In this document: positions 54,433 through 63,908 of the stretch, in pieces
Position numbering within the stretch: position 1 is the stretch's first letter
How the letters are laid out: every line of letters begins with the position of its first letter
From: Candidatus Woesearchaeota archaeon
GTDB taxonomy: Archaea; Nanobdellota; Nanobdellia; Woesearchaeales; SM23-78
Assembly: GCA_016935175.1 (NCBI GenBank)
Contig: JAFGRK010000032.1
Span: 1,719-65,718 of the forward strand
Direction: 5' to 3'
Length of the DNA stretch: 64,000 bases
The notes under the pieces: model-generated
Databases searched by the model: none
Seen by the model: the letters and a program-made list of their open reading frames with translations, nothing else
What the model was told of the DNA's origin: nothing
Position numbers and translations under genes: made by a program

Positions 54433-56127
54433 ATGAAATACAAAATAGGCTATAAAGTTCGAGTCAGGAAAGACATCGAAAAACCCACGTATGGTTGGGG
54501 AGATGTAAAGCACGGAGATATAGGTGTCATCAAAAGAGTTGATTCAGATGGAGACCTCCTGATTGACTTCCCAAATCAGAGCGAGTGGTCTGGCAAAGCA
54601 AGTGAGATGGAGCTAGCCATAGCTAGTCAACTAAAGAAAGGCTCGCTCGTGCTTATCACAGAGCCAGTGCTAAGGAGCTACATCAAGACAAAAGAGGACC
54701 TGAAAGAAGGCACTAAAGTGCTTGTCAAAGGCGGGAAAAAGACTTGCGACGGAGAAAAGTATAAAGGAGGCCTTGGTGAGATTGTATCGCTCAACAGCTG
54801 CGGCTCTGAGGATGAGTTCCCATATAAGGTAAGAGTGGGAGAAAAGTCAGGGGTATGCATAGGAAAAGATGCTCTCACGCCTGTTAAGCCTGTCTATTGG
54901 TTTGATGGAAAAGCCAGCGGGACCATTAAAAAGAAAGATAAGGATGAATGCTATGTCAAGATAAAAAAATGCCCTTCAAACCAAGAGGTAGAGGGAAAAG
55001 TGATAAAGGTCCCTGTTGGATCACTTGATGATATGGTGAAAAAAATGCACCCGCTAAGCTTCTCAGAGGCAAAGCCCATCCTGGTGTGGGAAAAGTTTGT
55101 CATGCAAAGCAGGACAGGGGTAAAGCTTGTGGACAGCGGCGGAAAAGGGTGCTATACTGATGGAGAGAAAATATACCTGCCAGAGTCAGTTGCAATGCTA
55201 GAGCACCTTGAGGATGTTGAAAGCACCATATTCAACAACCCCAACCTCACATTGTATGCCGGGCTAATGCTTCACGAGCTAGCGCACATACGCTACGGCT
55301 CATTCAAGCTGAAGATGGAAAAAGTGCTTGAGCCTATAAAGCACAAGGAAGCTTTCAAGAGCATAATGAACATACTGGAAGACAACAGGGTAGAAAGCCA
55401 CTTGCAGAGGGAGTTCAGGGGCCAGGACTACGAGAGAATCCTTGACGAGACAAGGACCTTGCTCATAGAGAAGTCCAAGCTTCCTAAAAACCCGCTTGCA
55501 AAGCTATTGCTAAGCTATCACTTAAGGCTTACAAGCCACAAGTACAGGGGCATCAAGTTTTTGGACAAGGAGAAGCGCGAAGCCCTTGACAAAGAGATAG
55601 CTGGCTTTTTGGCAACAGAGGATCCTATCACAAAGAAGCTGTACAAAGAGATTGAAGATGAAATATTTGAAATAAGCAAGGACATAAAAAAGCCCAGGAA
55701 AACTGTGCTAAGCTCATTGAAGATAGCAAAAAAAGTTTATGAAAAGCTAGAGACCTTGCTAGAAGCAGACTTAACATTGGAGCCGCCTGAGAGGGGAGAT
55801 GGAGGCACCTTCACAGGAGGCACTGACCCAACCTCAGACCACTTTGGGGACGGAGGCATAGAGGTCACTCCTGAAAACATCGACTCACCTGACCTAGAGG
55901 ATATGGTAGGTGACCCAGCGCCTGGCCAGGATGGAGATGATTCTGGTGAAGGGGCAGAAGGAAGCGATGGCGCAGATGGAGGAACAGGAGGAGAAGGAGA
56001 TGATGGTGAGCAAGGCTGGCTTATTGAGGCAGTGAAAGGCGGGCTTATAAGGAGAGGCTACAACCCTACAAGGGCAGGCGAGCTTGCCGATGAAGTAGAT
56101 AAGTTCATAGGAGGCAAGGCAAAATGA
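54433..56127 (+). CDS. Protein with two N-terminal MIB/HERC2-like beta-barrel repeats, an HExxH putative metallopeptidase-like domain (DUF2201_N-like), and a C-terminal Gly/Asp-rich linker.
   Basis: IGYKVRVRKDIEKPTYGWGDVKHGDIGVIKRVDSDGDLLIDFP (MIB/HERC2-like), repeated once. MLHELAHIRYGS with a downstream Glu. GDGGTFTGGTDPTSDHFGDGG linker. The likely start is the ATG at 54433, 15 nt after the AAA+ gene's stop. Confidence 0.6.
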   Translation: MKYKIGYKVRVRKDIEKPTYGWGDVKHGDIGVIKRVDSDGDLLIDFPNQSEWSGKASEMELAIASQLKKGSLVLITEPVLRSYIKTKEDLKEGTKVLVKGGKKTCDGEKYKGGLGEIVSLNSCGSEDEFPYKVRVGEKSGVCIGKDALTPVKPVYWFDGKASGTIKKKDKDECYVKIKKCPSNQEVEGKVIKVPVGSLDDMVKKMHPLSFSEAKPILVWEKFVMQSRTGVKLVDSGGKGCYTDGEKIYLPESVAMLEHLEDVESTIFNNPNLTLYAGLMLHELAHIRYGSFKLKMEKVLEPIKHKEAFKSIMNILEDNRVESHLQREFRGQDYERILDETRTLLIEKSKLPKNPLAKLLLSYHLRLTSHKYRGIKFLDKEKREALDKEIAGFLATEDPITKKLYKEIEDEIFEISKDIKKPRKTVLSSLKIAKKVYEKLETLLEADLTLEPPERGDGGTFTGGTDPTSDHFGDGGIEVTPENIDSPDLEDMVGDPAPGQDGDDSGEGAEGSDGADGGTGGEGDDGEQGWLIEAVKGGLIRRGYNPTRAGELADEVDKFIGGKAK

Positions 56128-57434
56128 AAACCGCAATCGTTGGGATAATAAATAAGCTTAAAGGACACTTGACATCAAAATACACCCGCAAGGAAGCTGA
56201 GGACGTTGAAGATGTCCTTGAAGGACTGTATGGCACTGGAGGAACAGGAGTAGAAGGCTTAGATGCTCCACCAGAAGGGCCGCAAGGTGATTTCCCATTT
56301 AGAGAAGGCGAAGATGGAGAGGAAGGAACCCGAGGGGATGGTCCTATAGGAGGCATAGAAAGAGTGCTTCTTCCTCCAAGGGGAGGAAAGAGCAGAAAAG
56401 GACAAAAAGGCAGCAAGCCATTGCCAGAGGATTTTGGCAAGCCACCCAAGTACATAAAGGACGGGAAAGACCTTATCAGGGCTATCAGCGAAGCTGAGAA
56501 GAGGCTCAGGGAAAAGGAAAAGCGTGAAGAGAGCGACTTCAGGCCAGTTCCTGAGTGGAACAGGGAAAAGAGGGGTTACGAGCATAACAAGGTAGGATAC
56601 GTGGTAGAAGCATACTCTGAAAGGAAGGATGAAGGGGGGCTTAAGACTTACAAGGAAAAATTCAGCAGGCTCAGCGACCTGGTAAAAGAGGAGCTTAAGA
56701 AGCTAAAGCCAACTGCAAGGCGCAGGGTGACTAGGCAGACAGAAGGCTCGCTTGACATGGAAGTTGTAATCAGGGAGCTAAAAAAAGGAATGAGCGGCAA
56801 GGACATCTCTGATAAGCTTTACGAGAGGACCAAAAAAGAAAGAAGGGATTATGCTGTAGGCATACTCATAGACAGGAGCGGTTCCACATCGGATGGAGTT
56901 GGAAAAGGCTTTGACAGGCTTGATGTGGAAAAGTATTCAGCCATGCTCTTGGCAGACGCACTGGATGAGCTAAATGATAATTTTGCAGTGTACTCTTTCA
57001 GCACCGATGGCAGCGGAACCAAGACATCCCTTGAAAAGCTCAAGGAGTTTGACGATGAATGGGATGAACCAGCCAAACAGTATGTTGCCAGCATAACGCC
57101 AGGGCACCAGAACCACGACGGAACAGCAATAAGGGGCATGACTGAGATGCTTGCCAAGAGGACAGAAAAAAAGAAAGTGCTTGTGCACATATCTGACGGG
57201 ACTCCCTGGGTTGACGGCGGCTATTACCGACGTGAATATGCAAACGAAGACACCTTGAAGGCTATTGAGGAAGCAGAGAAGGCAGGCATCAGGGTTATTT
57301 ACCTGTCAATTGACCCAAGCAACCTTGAATTTTTCAGGCAGGCTGCAGAAAAATGCACCTTTGCAGAGAAGTTCAATGATGTTTTTGAGCTTCCTAAAAA
57401 GATAACTGACTTGTACCTGGCCATGAGAAAGTAA
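56124..57434 (+). CDS. von Willebrand factor A (vWA) domain protein with an N-terminal Gly-rich region; partner of the MoxR-like ATPase.
   Basis: MIDAS motif ILIDRSGSTSD (DxSxS) plus downstream T and D residues (HISDGTP). An ATGA start/stop overlap with the upstream gene indicates translational coupling. Confidence 0.7.
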   Translation: MKTAIVGIINKLKGHLTSKYTRKEAEDVEDVLEGLYGTGGTGVEGLDAPPEGPQGDFPFREGEDGEEGTRGDGPIGGIERVLLPPRGGKSRKGQKGSKPLPEDFGKPPKYIKDGKDLIRAISEAEKRLREKEKREESDFRPVPEWNREKRGYEHNKVGYVVEAYSERKDEGGLKTYKEKFSRLSDLVKEELKKLKPTARRRVTRQTEGSLDMEVVIRELKKGMSGKDISDKLYERTKKERRDYAVGILIDRSGSTSDGVGKGFDRLDVEKYSAMLLADALDELNDNFAVYSFSTDGSGTKTSLEKLKEFDDEWDEPAKQYVASITPGHQNHDGTAIRGMTEMLAKRTEKKKVLVHISDGTPWVDGGYYRREYANEDTLKAIEEAEKAGIRVIYLSIDPSNLEFFRQAAEKCTFAEKFNDVFELPKKITDLYLAMRK

Positions 57435-57535
57435 TTGAGAAGCAGCCATGCCAAGGAAAAGCTAGGTAATAATAGGCGGCAAAATGCCTGGAATTCCATA
57501 AAGTTTATAAACTATTTTTACTTTCCCTTTTCTTT

Positions 57536-57913
57536 ATGTATTCACCAACAGATAACAACAAAAAGGCTGATTTTTCTATGCAAGGGCAGCTAAGGCAATA
57601 TTGCCCTAATTGCTTCTACTTCAAGCCCGGAGCAATGGCTGAAGTCCATGAGAAAAGCGGTTACACGCGAGTCCTAGGCAATGCCAGATATGATTGCGGC
57701 AAGGGAAACCCTTCGGTCAAAAGGCTTCAAGCTTGCTGCTATTTTGAGCCCTGGAACAAGAGAGCTTTTAAGAAATATGAGGAGCTTTCTGAGCTGATAG
57801 ATGCCCAGGAGCATGAAAGCGCCTATAAGAATAAGCTCTTGGAACAAAAAAATGAGATTGCCGATTACCTAAAGGTTATCAACATAGACCTGTTCTTGAA
57901 GCTGAGTTCATAA
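57536..57913 (+). CDS. Small Cys-containing (zinc-ribbon-like) hypothetical protein.
   Basis: CPNCFYF...CGKG...CCYFEPW. A TATA-like 'gtttataaac' lies ~28 nt upstream. Confidence 0.4.
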   Translation: MYSPTDNNKKADFSMQGQLRQYCPNCFYFKPGAMAEVHEKSGYTRVLGNARYDCGKGNPSVKRLQACCYFEPWNKRAFKKYEELSELIDAQEHESAYKNKLLEQKNEIADYLKVINIDLFLKLSS

Positions 57914-58154
57914 AAATTACAAGTTCCTGCCTGAAAGCGAGTTTGTCGCAAAATTCGCTCTGCTCATTAAGCCGCCTTCTCGCAGCGCTGATTTTAAGAA
58001 GATACATTTCCAAGAAAATCAGTTCCTTGCTGTTAGCCATCCCGGCTTGGCCCTGCACTGCTCGACTTATGGCGGCTTTAATGCGACAAACTTTCTGAAA
58101 GCACAAACTATAAAAACACTCTTATTAACCAATTCTACGGGGTGAGTTCATTCA

Positions 58155-59564
58155 ATGAGCAGCTATGAAGATGTGGTCTCAAGCAGGTATTCTTATGAAG
58201 AGATGAAAGGAGTATTCTCTGACCAGAGCATCTTCAGGACTTGGAGGCTTTGCTGGGTAGCACTTGCAGAGGCAGAGCACGAGCTCGGCTTGAAGCAGAT
58301 AACCAAGGAAATGATTGCTGAGATGAAGAAGCACATTGACAACATTGACTTTGCAGCTGCAAAAGAAAAAGAAAAAGAGACTCAGCACGATGTGATGGCT
58401 CATATTTATGCCTATGGCCTTGCCTGCCCTAAAGCCAAGGGAATAATCCACTTAGGAGCCACTTCCCAGTGCATCAAGTGCAACACAGACCTTATTCTGC
58501 AGCACCAAGCCATTAAGGTGATAAGGCAAGACCTCATCATCCTACTCAGCGCACTATACCACCTAATACAGAGGACAAAGCACATTCCAACGCTTTCATA
58601 CACTCACTACCAGCCAGCCCAGCCCACCACTATCGGCAGGCGCTTCTGCACTTATGCGCAGGACTACTTGGCTGACTTGAAAGAGCTTGGCTCTATATTT
58701 GAGGATTATGCTCTGCGAGGGGTAAAGGGAGCTACTGGCACCCAAGCATCCTACCTTGAGCTTTTGGGTGATGCAAAAAAAGTGAAGAAGCTTGACTTCT
58801 TGTTTGCAAAAAAGCTTGGGTTCAAGAAAGTGTTCCCTATCACCACGCAAACTTATTCCCGCAAGTTCGACATAAGGATTGCAAGCCTGCTTGCATCAAT
58901 CTGCGCGACCACCAAGAAATTCGCAACAGACATAAGGCTGCTCTCCAACATAGGAATAATAGAGGAGCCTTTTGGCAATGATCAGGTGGGAAGCAGCTCA
59001 ATGCCTTACAAGCGCAACCCAATGAAATCAGAGCAACTATGCGCTCTTTGCCGCAAAGTCATCAACAACCTTAATGACTTCTATGATGTTTATTCAGAGC
59101 AATGGCTTGAGAGGACCCTTGATGATTCTGCCATAAGAAGGATTGATATTCCCCAGAACTTCATGCTGGCTGACTATGTGCTGAGAAAAACAGCTGGAAT
59201 ATGCCAAGGCTTGGCAGTGTTTGAGAAGCATTCAGAAAAGCTGCTCATGCAAGAGCTGCCTTTCCTCATAACAGAGAGCATTCTAGTGGAAGCTGTAAAA
59301 AAAGGGGCTAGCCGCCAGGAGATGCATGAGATAATAAAGAAGCATGCCTTTGAGGTTGCAAAGGAGATAAAGGAGCAGGGAAAAGAGAATAGCCTGATCC
59401 AAAGGCTAGAGGCTGACCACAGGATTCCGCTGGGCACAGATGACTTCAACAGGATCATGGCATCAAAGTCATTAATTGGCTTGTCAGTTGAGCAGGCTGA
59501 TGATTTCTGCAAGAAAGAGCTTGAGCCTGCCATAAAGGCTGGTAAGGCTAAACTAAGCAAGTGA
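58155..59564 (+). CDS. purB: Adenylosuccinate lyase.
   Basis: Fumarate-lyase signature GSSSMPYKRNPMKSE. 469 aa. Confidence 0.9.
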   Translation: MSSYEDVVSSRYSYEEMKGVFSDQSIFRTWRLCWVALAEAEHELGLKQITKEMIAEMKKHIDNIDFAAAKEKEKETQHDVMAHIYAYGLACPKAKGIIHLGATSQCIKCNTDLILQHQAIKVIRQDLIILLSALYHLIQRTKHIPTLSYTHYQPAQPTTIGRRFCTYAQDYLADLKELGSIFEDYALRGVKGATGTQASYLELLGDAKKVKKLDFLFAKKLGFKKVFPITTQTYSRKFDIRIASLLASICATTKKFATDIRLLSNIGIIEEPFGNDQVGSSSMPYKRNPMKSEQLCALCRKVINNLNDFYDVYSEQWLERTLDDSAIRRIDIPQNFMLADYVLRKTAGICQGLAVFEKHSEKLLMQELPFLITESILVEAVKKGASRQEMHEIIKKHAFEVAKEIKEQGKENSLIQRLEADHRIPLGTDDFNRIMASKSLIGLSVEQADDFCKKELEPAIKAGKAKLSK

Positions 59565-59573
59565 GGCATTAGC

Positions 59574-60992
59574 GTGGAAAAAACAATTGCAAGGGCAAAA
59601 TCAACAGTGTTGATAGGGTTGCAGTATGGGGATGAAGGCAAAGCCCGAGTCATGGACACCATGCTTAAGGATTACCAGATAGTTGCAAGGTTCAATGGAG
59701 GCGCAAATGCAGGCCACACATTGCAAGTAGGCAGCATCAACATCGCCCTGCACCAGGTTCCGTCAGGGATTTTCTACAAGGACATGATGCTCTACATAGG
59801 CAGCGGGTGCGTAGTCAACCCAAAAAAGCTTCTTGATGAGATAAAAGAGATAAAATCCAACAAGGTGAAAGTTGACAATCGGCTTTTCATCTCAGGCTAT
59901 GTCACACTTATCCAGCCCCATCACCTGTTGTTTGACGAGATCTATGGCAAGGAGATCGGCAGCACCAAGAATGGCATTGGGCCTGCCTATGCTGACAGGG
60001 CAATGAGGGCAAAGCGCAGCGAAATAAAGAATATCAGGTTTGGTGATTATGTTTATAACCATAAGAAGTTCAAGAGCATAGTAAGGGATAATCTTGCCCA
60101 CATGGAGGAGAAGCATGGCTTGTCAGAAGTTGACATTGACAAGCAAGTTGATGAATTTGATAAGTGCGTGATGCAGATAAAGAAATACCTTTGCAATGAC
60201 CCTCTCATGATAGAGAGCCTGGTTGAGAAAGGCAAGAGCATCTTCTTTGAGGGAGCGCAGTCAGTGATGCTAGATGTGGTCACAGGAGCAACTCCGTATG
60301 TGACTTCTAGCAGGACCATTGCTGCAGCTGCCTACACTGGAGGAGACCTGTCCAACAAGTACCATTACAAGACTCTTGGAGTGGCAAAAGCAATAATGTC
60401 CAGGGTTGGAAATGGCCCTTTTATCTCTGAATTTGGAGGGGGGAAGTCAGAGCTCTACTGTGCAGAAGGAGGAGGGCTTGACCATGTCAAGGAAAAAGAA
60501 TATGGTGATGCAAAGCCAGAAGAACTGCTTGCCTCAAAGGATTTGTTTGACATAGGCAAGGGCCTGAGGATGCTTACTGGCGAGTACGGAGCAACTACCA
60601 AGAGGCCAAGGAGGATTGGCATACTTGACCTGGTGATGCTAAGGCAGAACTGCAAGCTTAATGGTGTGGACGAGCTCTACATCAACAAGTTTGACTGCTT
60701 GGCTGAATTTAACAAGACAAGGCTGCCAGGAATACCGATTGTGGTTGGCTACAAGCTTAATGGCAGGAAAATAAATTACATGCCTGTTTCTGTTGACGAG
60801 GCAAGAAAAGTAAAGCCCATAATCAAGTACTTCCCGCACATAAAAGAGGATATTTCTATGTTCAAGGAGTATGGCAACCTGCCTGCAGAAGTCAAAGGAT
60901 TGGTGGAATTCATTGAGAAATTTGTCGAGACCAAGGTTTGCGGCATAGGGGTTGGGCCTGAAAGGGAGCAATTCATCCTTTTGCCTGCTTAA
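59574..60992 (+). CDS. purA: Adenylosuccinate synthetase.
   Basis: QYGDEGKARVMD, GGANAGHTL, GIGPAY. GTG start in the track. Confidence 0.9.
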   Translation: MEKTIARAKSTVLIGLQYGDEGKARVMDTMLKDYQIVARFNGGANAGHTLQVGSINIALHQVPSGIFYKDMMLYIGSGCVVNPKKLLDEIKEIKSNKVKVDNRLFISGYVTLIQPHHLLFDEIYGKEIGSTKNGIGPAYADRAMRAKRSEIKNIRFGDYVYNHKKFKSIVRDNLAHMEEKHGLSEVDIDKQVDEFDKCVMQIKKYLCNDPLMIESLVEKGKSIFFEGAQSVMLDVVTGATPYVTSSRTIAAAAYTGGDLSNKYHYKTLGVAKAIMSRVGNGPFISEFGGGKSELYCAEGGGLDHVKEKEYGDAKPEELLASKDLFDIGKGLRMLTGEYGATTKRPRRIGILDLVMLRQNCKLNGVDELYINKFDCLAEFNKTRLPGIPIVVGYKLNGRKINYMPVSVDEARKVKPIIKYFPHIKEDISMFKEYGNLPAEVKGLVEFIEKFVETKVCGIGVGPEREQFILLPA

Positions 60993-62022
60993 GATTCTTT
61001 TGGGTTTTTTCAGCTTCCCTAGCTATCTTAAGAAGCTCGTCTACCACTCCTTCTGGAAAGGTTGTGCTCTTGTATTTCTCAAATATTATCAGGGTATCAT
61101 ATGATACTATTAGTTCTGCCATCTCATCCCTGACTTTCATTAGGATTTTCCTATATGCCTCGTTGCTTTCTGAGTGGATGTGCAGCTCAAAGTCCCATTT
61201 GCCCATGCACCTGGTCATATAGGTTATATTTGGGATGCTCCTGATTATCTCGATGAATTTTTTTTGCTGGGTTTCAGGAGGCCTGTTCATGTCTATCAGC
61301 AGCTGGTACCAATTATAGCCTAGTGTCTTGAAGCTTATCCTTGCCTTGAATTCCACGATTATCTTCCTTGCCACGAGATTCCTTATCCTGTACCTCACTA
61401 CGTCTGGTGAAGTCTTGAGATTGGATGCGATCTCCACTAGGCTTGCCCTGGCGTTCTGCTCAAGATGCTGTATTATCCTTATGTCGAGTGAATCAAGCTT
61501 GGTGTCAGCAGGCTCAGTTGCGAATTCGTTCCTGATTGGCTTGGCTGCGAATTGCTCTTTCTTTCCTATAAGGTCTATATAGAAAGGCTGAATGCTAAAG
61601 ATGATGTTGGTTTCATAGCTCTCGAGGTTGTTGCCTATGAAAGCCATTATTTCCTCTATCCTGTTGTTGAAGTCTAAGATATTCTTTGCTGACATCGCAA
61701 ATGCCAGGTCCCATTTTCCTTCACATACCACCACCCAGCGGGTGAATGGGTGGCTTACTAGGTGGCTGATTATCTCTTTCTCCCTTGCCTCGCTTATATT
61801 TCTCAGCCTGAGATACACTCCAAAGGTAGAATAGCCTAGTTTTGTTAGGTCAACAGTCAGGGTGAAGTTTTTCAGTATGCCCTTTTCAAGCAGGTTCCTT
61901 ATCCTGTAGTCAACTACTTGCTTTGAAAGCCCTACTTTTGAGGCTATGCCTGAAAGAGAATCCCTGCCATCTTCGTCTAGTGCTGTGAGGATTCTTTTGT
62001 CTTTCAAGTCTATTTTGTGCAT
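60973..62022 (-). CDS. Tandem-duplicated Lrp/AsnC-family transcriptional regulator (two HTH + RAM modules).
   Basis: Two copies of an HTH_AsnC-like segment (DKRILTALDEDGRDSLSGIASKVGLSKQVVDYRIRNL and DIRIIQHLEQNARASLVEIASNLKTSPDVVRYRIRNL), each followed by a RAM-like domain. Confidence 0.8.
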   Translation of the reverse strand: MHKIDLKDKRILTALDEDGRDSLSGIASKVGLSKQVVDYRIRNLLEKGILKNFTLTVDLTKLGYSTFGVYLRLRNISEAREKEIISHLVSHPFTRWVVVCEGKWDLAFAMSAKNILDFNNRIEEIMAFIGNNLESYETNIIFSIQPFYIDLIGKKEQFAAKPIRNEFATEPADTKLDSLDIRIIQHLEQNARASLVEIASNLKTSPDVVRYRIRNLVARKIIVEFKARISFKTLGYNWYQLLIDMNRPPETQQKKFIEIIRSIPNITYMTRCMGKWDFELHIHSESNEAYRKILMKVRDEMAELIVSYDTLIIFEKYKSTTFPEGVVDELLKIAREAEKTQKNLKQAKG

Positions 62023-62248
62023 CTTATTTGTTTATTAATGACTTATTTATTTAAATATTTTGTTTTTGTCAAAAAAATCATGGCAAACATATATAATAAG
62101 AAATCACTATCTAGTAGTTACCATGGAAAAGGATTATGATAAGATGTTACCAGAGGCAGAATGGGCCGAAAGCCTTCAAACCATCTACAAGAAGCAACCC
62201 CCAAAAGGCCAAGGCCTTGATGCCATGGTAGCATGAAAAAGCGAGGCG

Positions 62249-62929
62249 ATGAAAATGACTACCTTCAAGCAGAAGATGAAGAAGATTATTTCAGGAATAG
62301 TTCTGGTAGGAGCGCTTTACACAGCCAAGCCAATGCTTGCCCAGGAAAAGAAAGAAGAGCCAAAGGCTCAACCAGGAGCAGTTCTAATATTATCACCTAC
62401 TTACTCAGCTACAGAGAAATCAGGAGCATTCAGGATTGCAGGAGGTGGAGCAATCAAAGGGATAGGAATTGGAGGATTCCTTGACCTATATGGGACTCCA
62501 GAAGCCCCTGTAGACATGCAAAGCCACTATGGAAAAGTCACAGTAGGAAAAGGTCTTGAGAAGATAGTGAAAGGAAGCGGCGTGGCAATTGAGCTAACCA
62601 CCAGCAGCTTTGGGAAGGACGAGATAAGGGCAGGAGTTTACAAGGCAGGCACGCTGCTTGGGTTCAGCTACAAAGGCCAATTTTATCCGATAGCTCCTAA
62701 AGGCAAAGGGCCAAGTGTCGGACTGTTCATTGATAAGCAACTAGGGAAAAAAGCAGCTGCATCAGCATTCATCACATCAGACCTAGGAGACAAGAGCTAC
62801 TATGGCGAAGCACAGGTAGGTTATGAAATAATCAAGCAGCTCAGCCTGATAATCCAAGAGAGATACGGCGGAAAGTTCGGAGAGCCTTTCAAGCCAGCAA
62901 CACATGTTGGTTTCGAGATAAAAATGTGA
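62249..62929 (+). CDS. Secreted beta-strand-rich protein of unknown function (signal peptide; Gly-rich; C-terminal aromatic).
   Basis: Signal peptide KKIISGIVLVGALYTAKPMLAQE. Alternating hydrophobic pattern. Ends ...HVGFEIKM. Confidence 0.5.
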   Translation: MKMTTFKQKMKKIISGIVLVGALYTAKPMLAQEKKEEPKAQPGAVLILSPTYSATEKSGAFRIAGGGAIKGIGIGGFLDLYGTPEAPVDMQSHYGKVTVGKGLEKIVKGSGVAIELTTSSFGKDEIRAGVYKAGTLLGFSYKGQFYPIAPKGKGPSVGLFIDKQLGKKAAASAFITSDLGDKSYYGEAQVGYEIIKQLSLIIQERYGGKFGEPFKPATHVGFEIKM

Positions 62930-63315
62930 ATGATTACAAAAAAAAGAAGGTGATGAAGATGGAACATCTTGAGGCAATAATCCAGTCAGAAGATGCAGAG
63001 CACTATGATGAGAAGTATATAGTCGTGCAAGTCAAGGAAGAGGATAAGGTAAGGCATGTGCTTGTCTCGTTCCCGATGGATTACCACAGCGAGATTGCCA
63101 GGGCCTACCAGAGGAAATTAGATGAGAAGGCAAAGGCAGTGGCAGTCAGGGGAGGAGGGATAATCACAGTCGACAAGAAGGAAAAGAAAGTCCGCACCTA
63201 TGGCATGAGTGGAAGCTATGGCGGGCCAGACATCTCCCTAGTTGGTAAGATACTTGCCAAGGCATTCCCTGACTTTTCAATTGATGCCAAAGTTACTGCA
63301 TATGTCAGAGGATAA
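62926..63315 (+). CDS. Hypothetical protein.
   Basis: Complete ORF overlapping the previous stop. No motif recognised. Alternative Met starts at about 62953 and 62959. Confidence 0.35.
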   Translation: MNDYKKKKVMKMEHLEAIIQSEDAEHYDEKYIVVQVKEEDKVRHVLVSFPMDYHSEIARAYQRKLDEKAKAVAVRGGGIITVDKKEKKVRTYGMSGSYGGPDISLVGKILAKAFPDFSIDAKVTAYVRG

Positions 63316-63356
63316 TCCTGTATCAGGATTGTGGAATAATAAAGGAGGGTAAAAAA

Positions 63357-63908
63357 ATGGACCTAGAGCAAAAGTTAAAGCAAATCGAGGTAAAAAAGAT
63401 TCTTGTAGTGGATGATACAGCTGCCAACATAGAGGCAGCTAAGCAGTATTTCAAGGAAGTTGAAAAACTAGGACTGAAGGTTGAGTATGCTTCCGGGGCT
63501 AAAGAGGCTAAGGAAAAGATCCAGGCTGCTTATGGAGCCAAGGATAAGTACTCTATTGTAATCACCGACCTTACGATGGAAGAGCCTAAGAGCGGATTGG
63601 AAGTGGCAAGGGAAGCTTTCAAGCATCTGGCTTTTGGGTTCATAGCCACAGGGCATAATTATGATAGGTCTGAGCATGACCATCATGGCCCCAGCACAAG
63701 GCTGATGCCTGTTGAGCAGCATATTGCTGGCAAGAAAGAGAAGCCAGAGGTCTGGCAGCAAGTTTTTGAGAAGGCTATTGATTACTTAGCAGAGGGAGAC
63801 GGGAAGTTGATCTTTGCAGCCATGAGAAGGCATGATAAGTATGTTGGCGCTCCTTCAGATGAAGTGGCTAAGACAACTATGATGGTGTTGATGGACAGGC
63901 AGATATAG
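63357..63908 (+). CDS. Response-regulator receiver (CheY-like REC) domain protein.
   Basis: KILVVDD acidic pocket and ITDLTME (phospho-acceptor Asp). 183 aa with a C-terminal extension. Confidence 0.7.
   Translation: MDLEQKLKQIEVKKILVVDDTAANIEAAKQYFKEVEKLGLKVEYASGAKEAKEKIQAAYGAKDKYSIVITDLTMEEPKSGLEVAREAFKHLAFGFIATGHNYDRSEHDHHGPSTRLMPVEQHIAGKKEKPEVWQQVFEKAIDYLAEGDGKLIFAAMRRHDKYVGAPSDEVAKTTMMVLMDRQI

Noticed and set aside
62249-62929. Outer-membrane beta-barrel interpretation of the secreted Gly-rich beta protein
   Set aside because: Archaea of this type have a single membrane. The alternating pattern and C-terminal Phe are insufficient evidence, so it is kept as a generic secreted protein.
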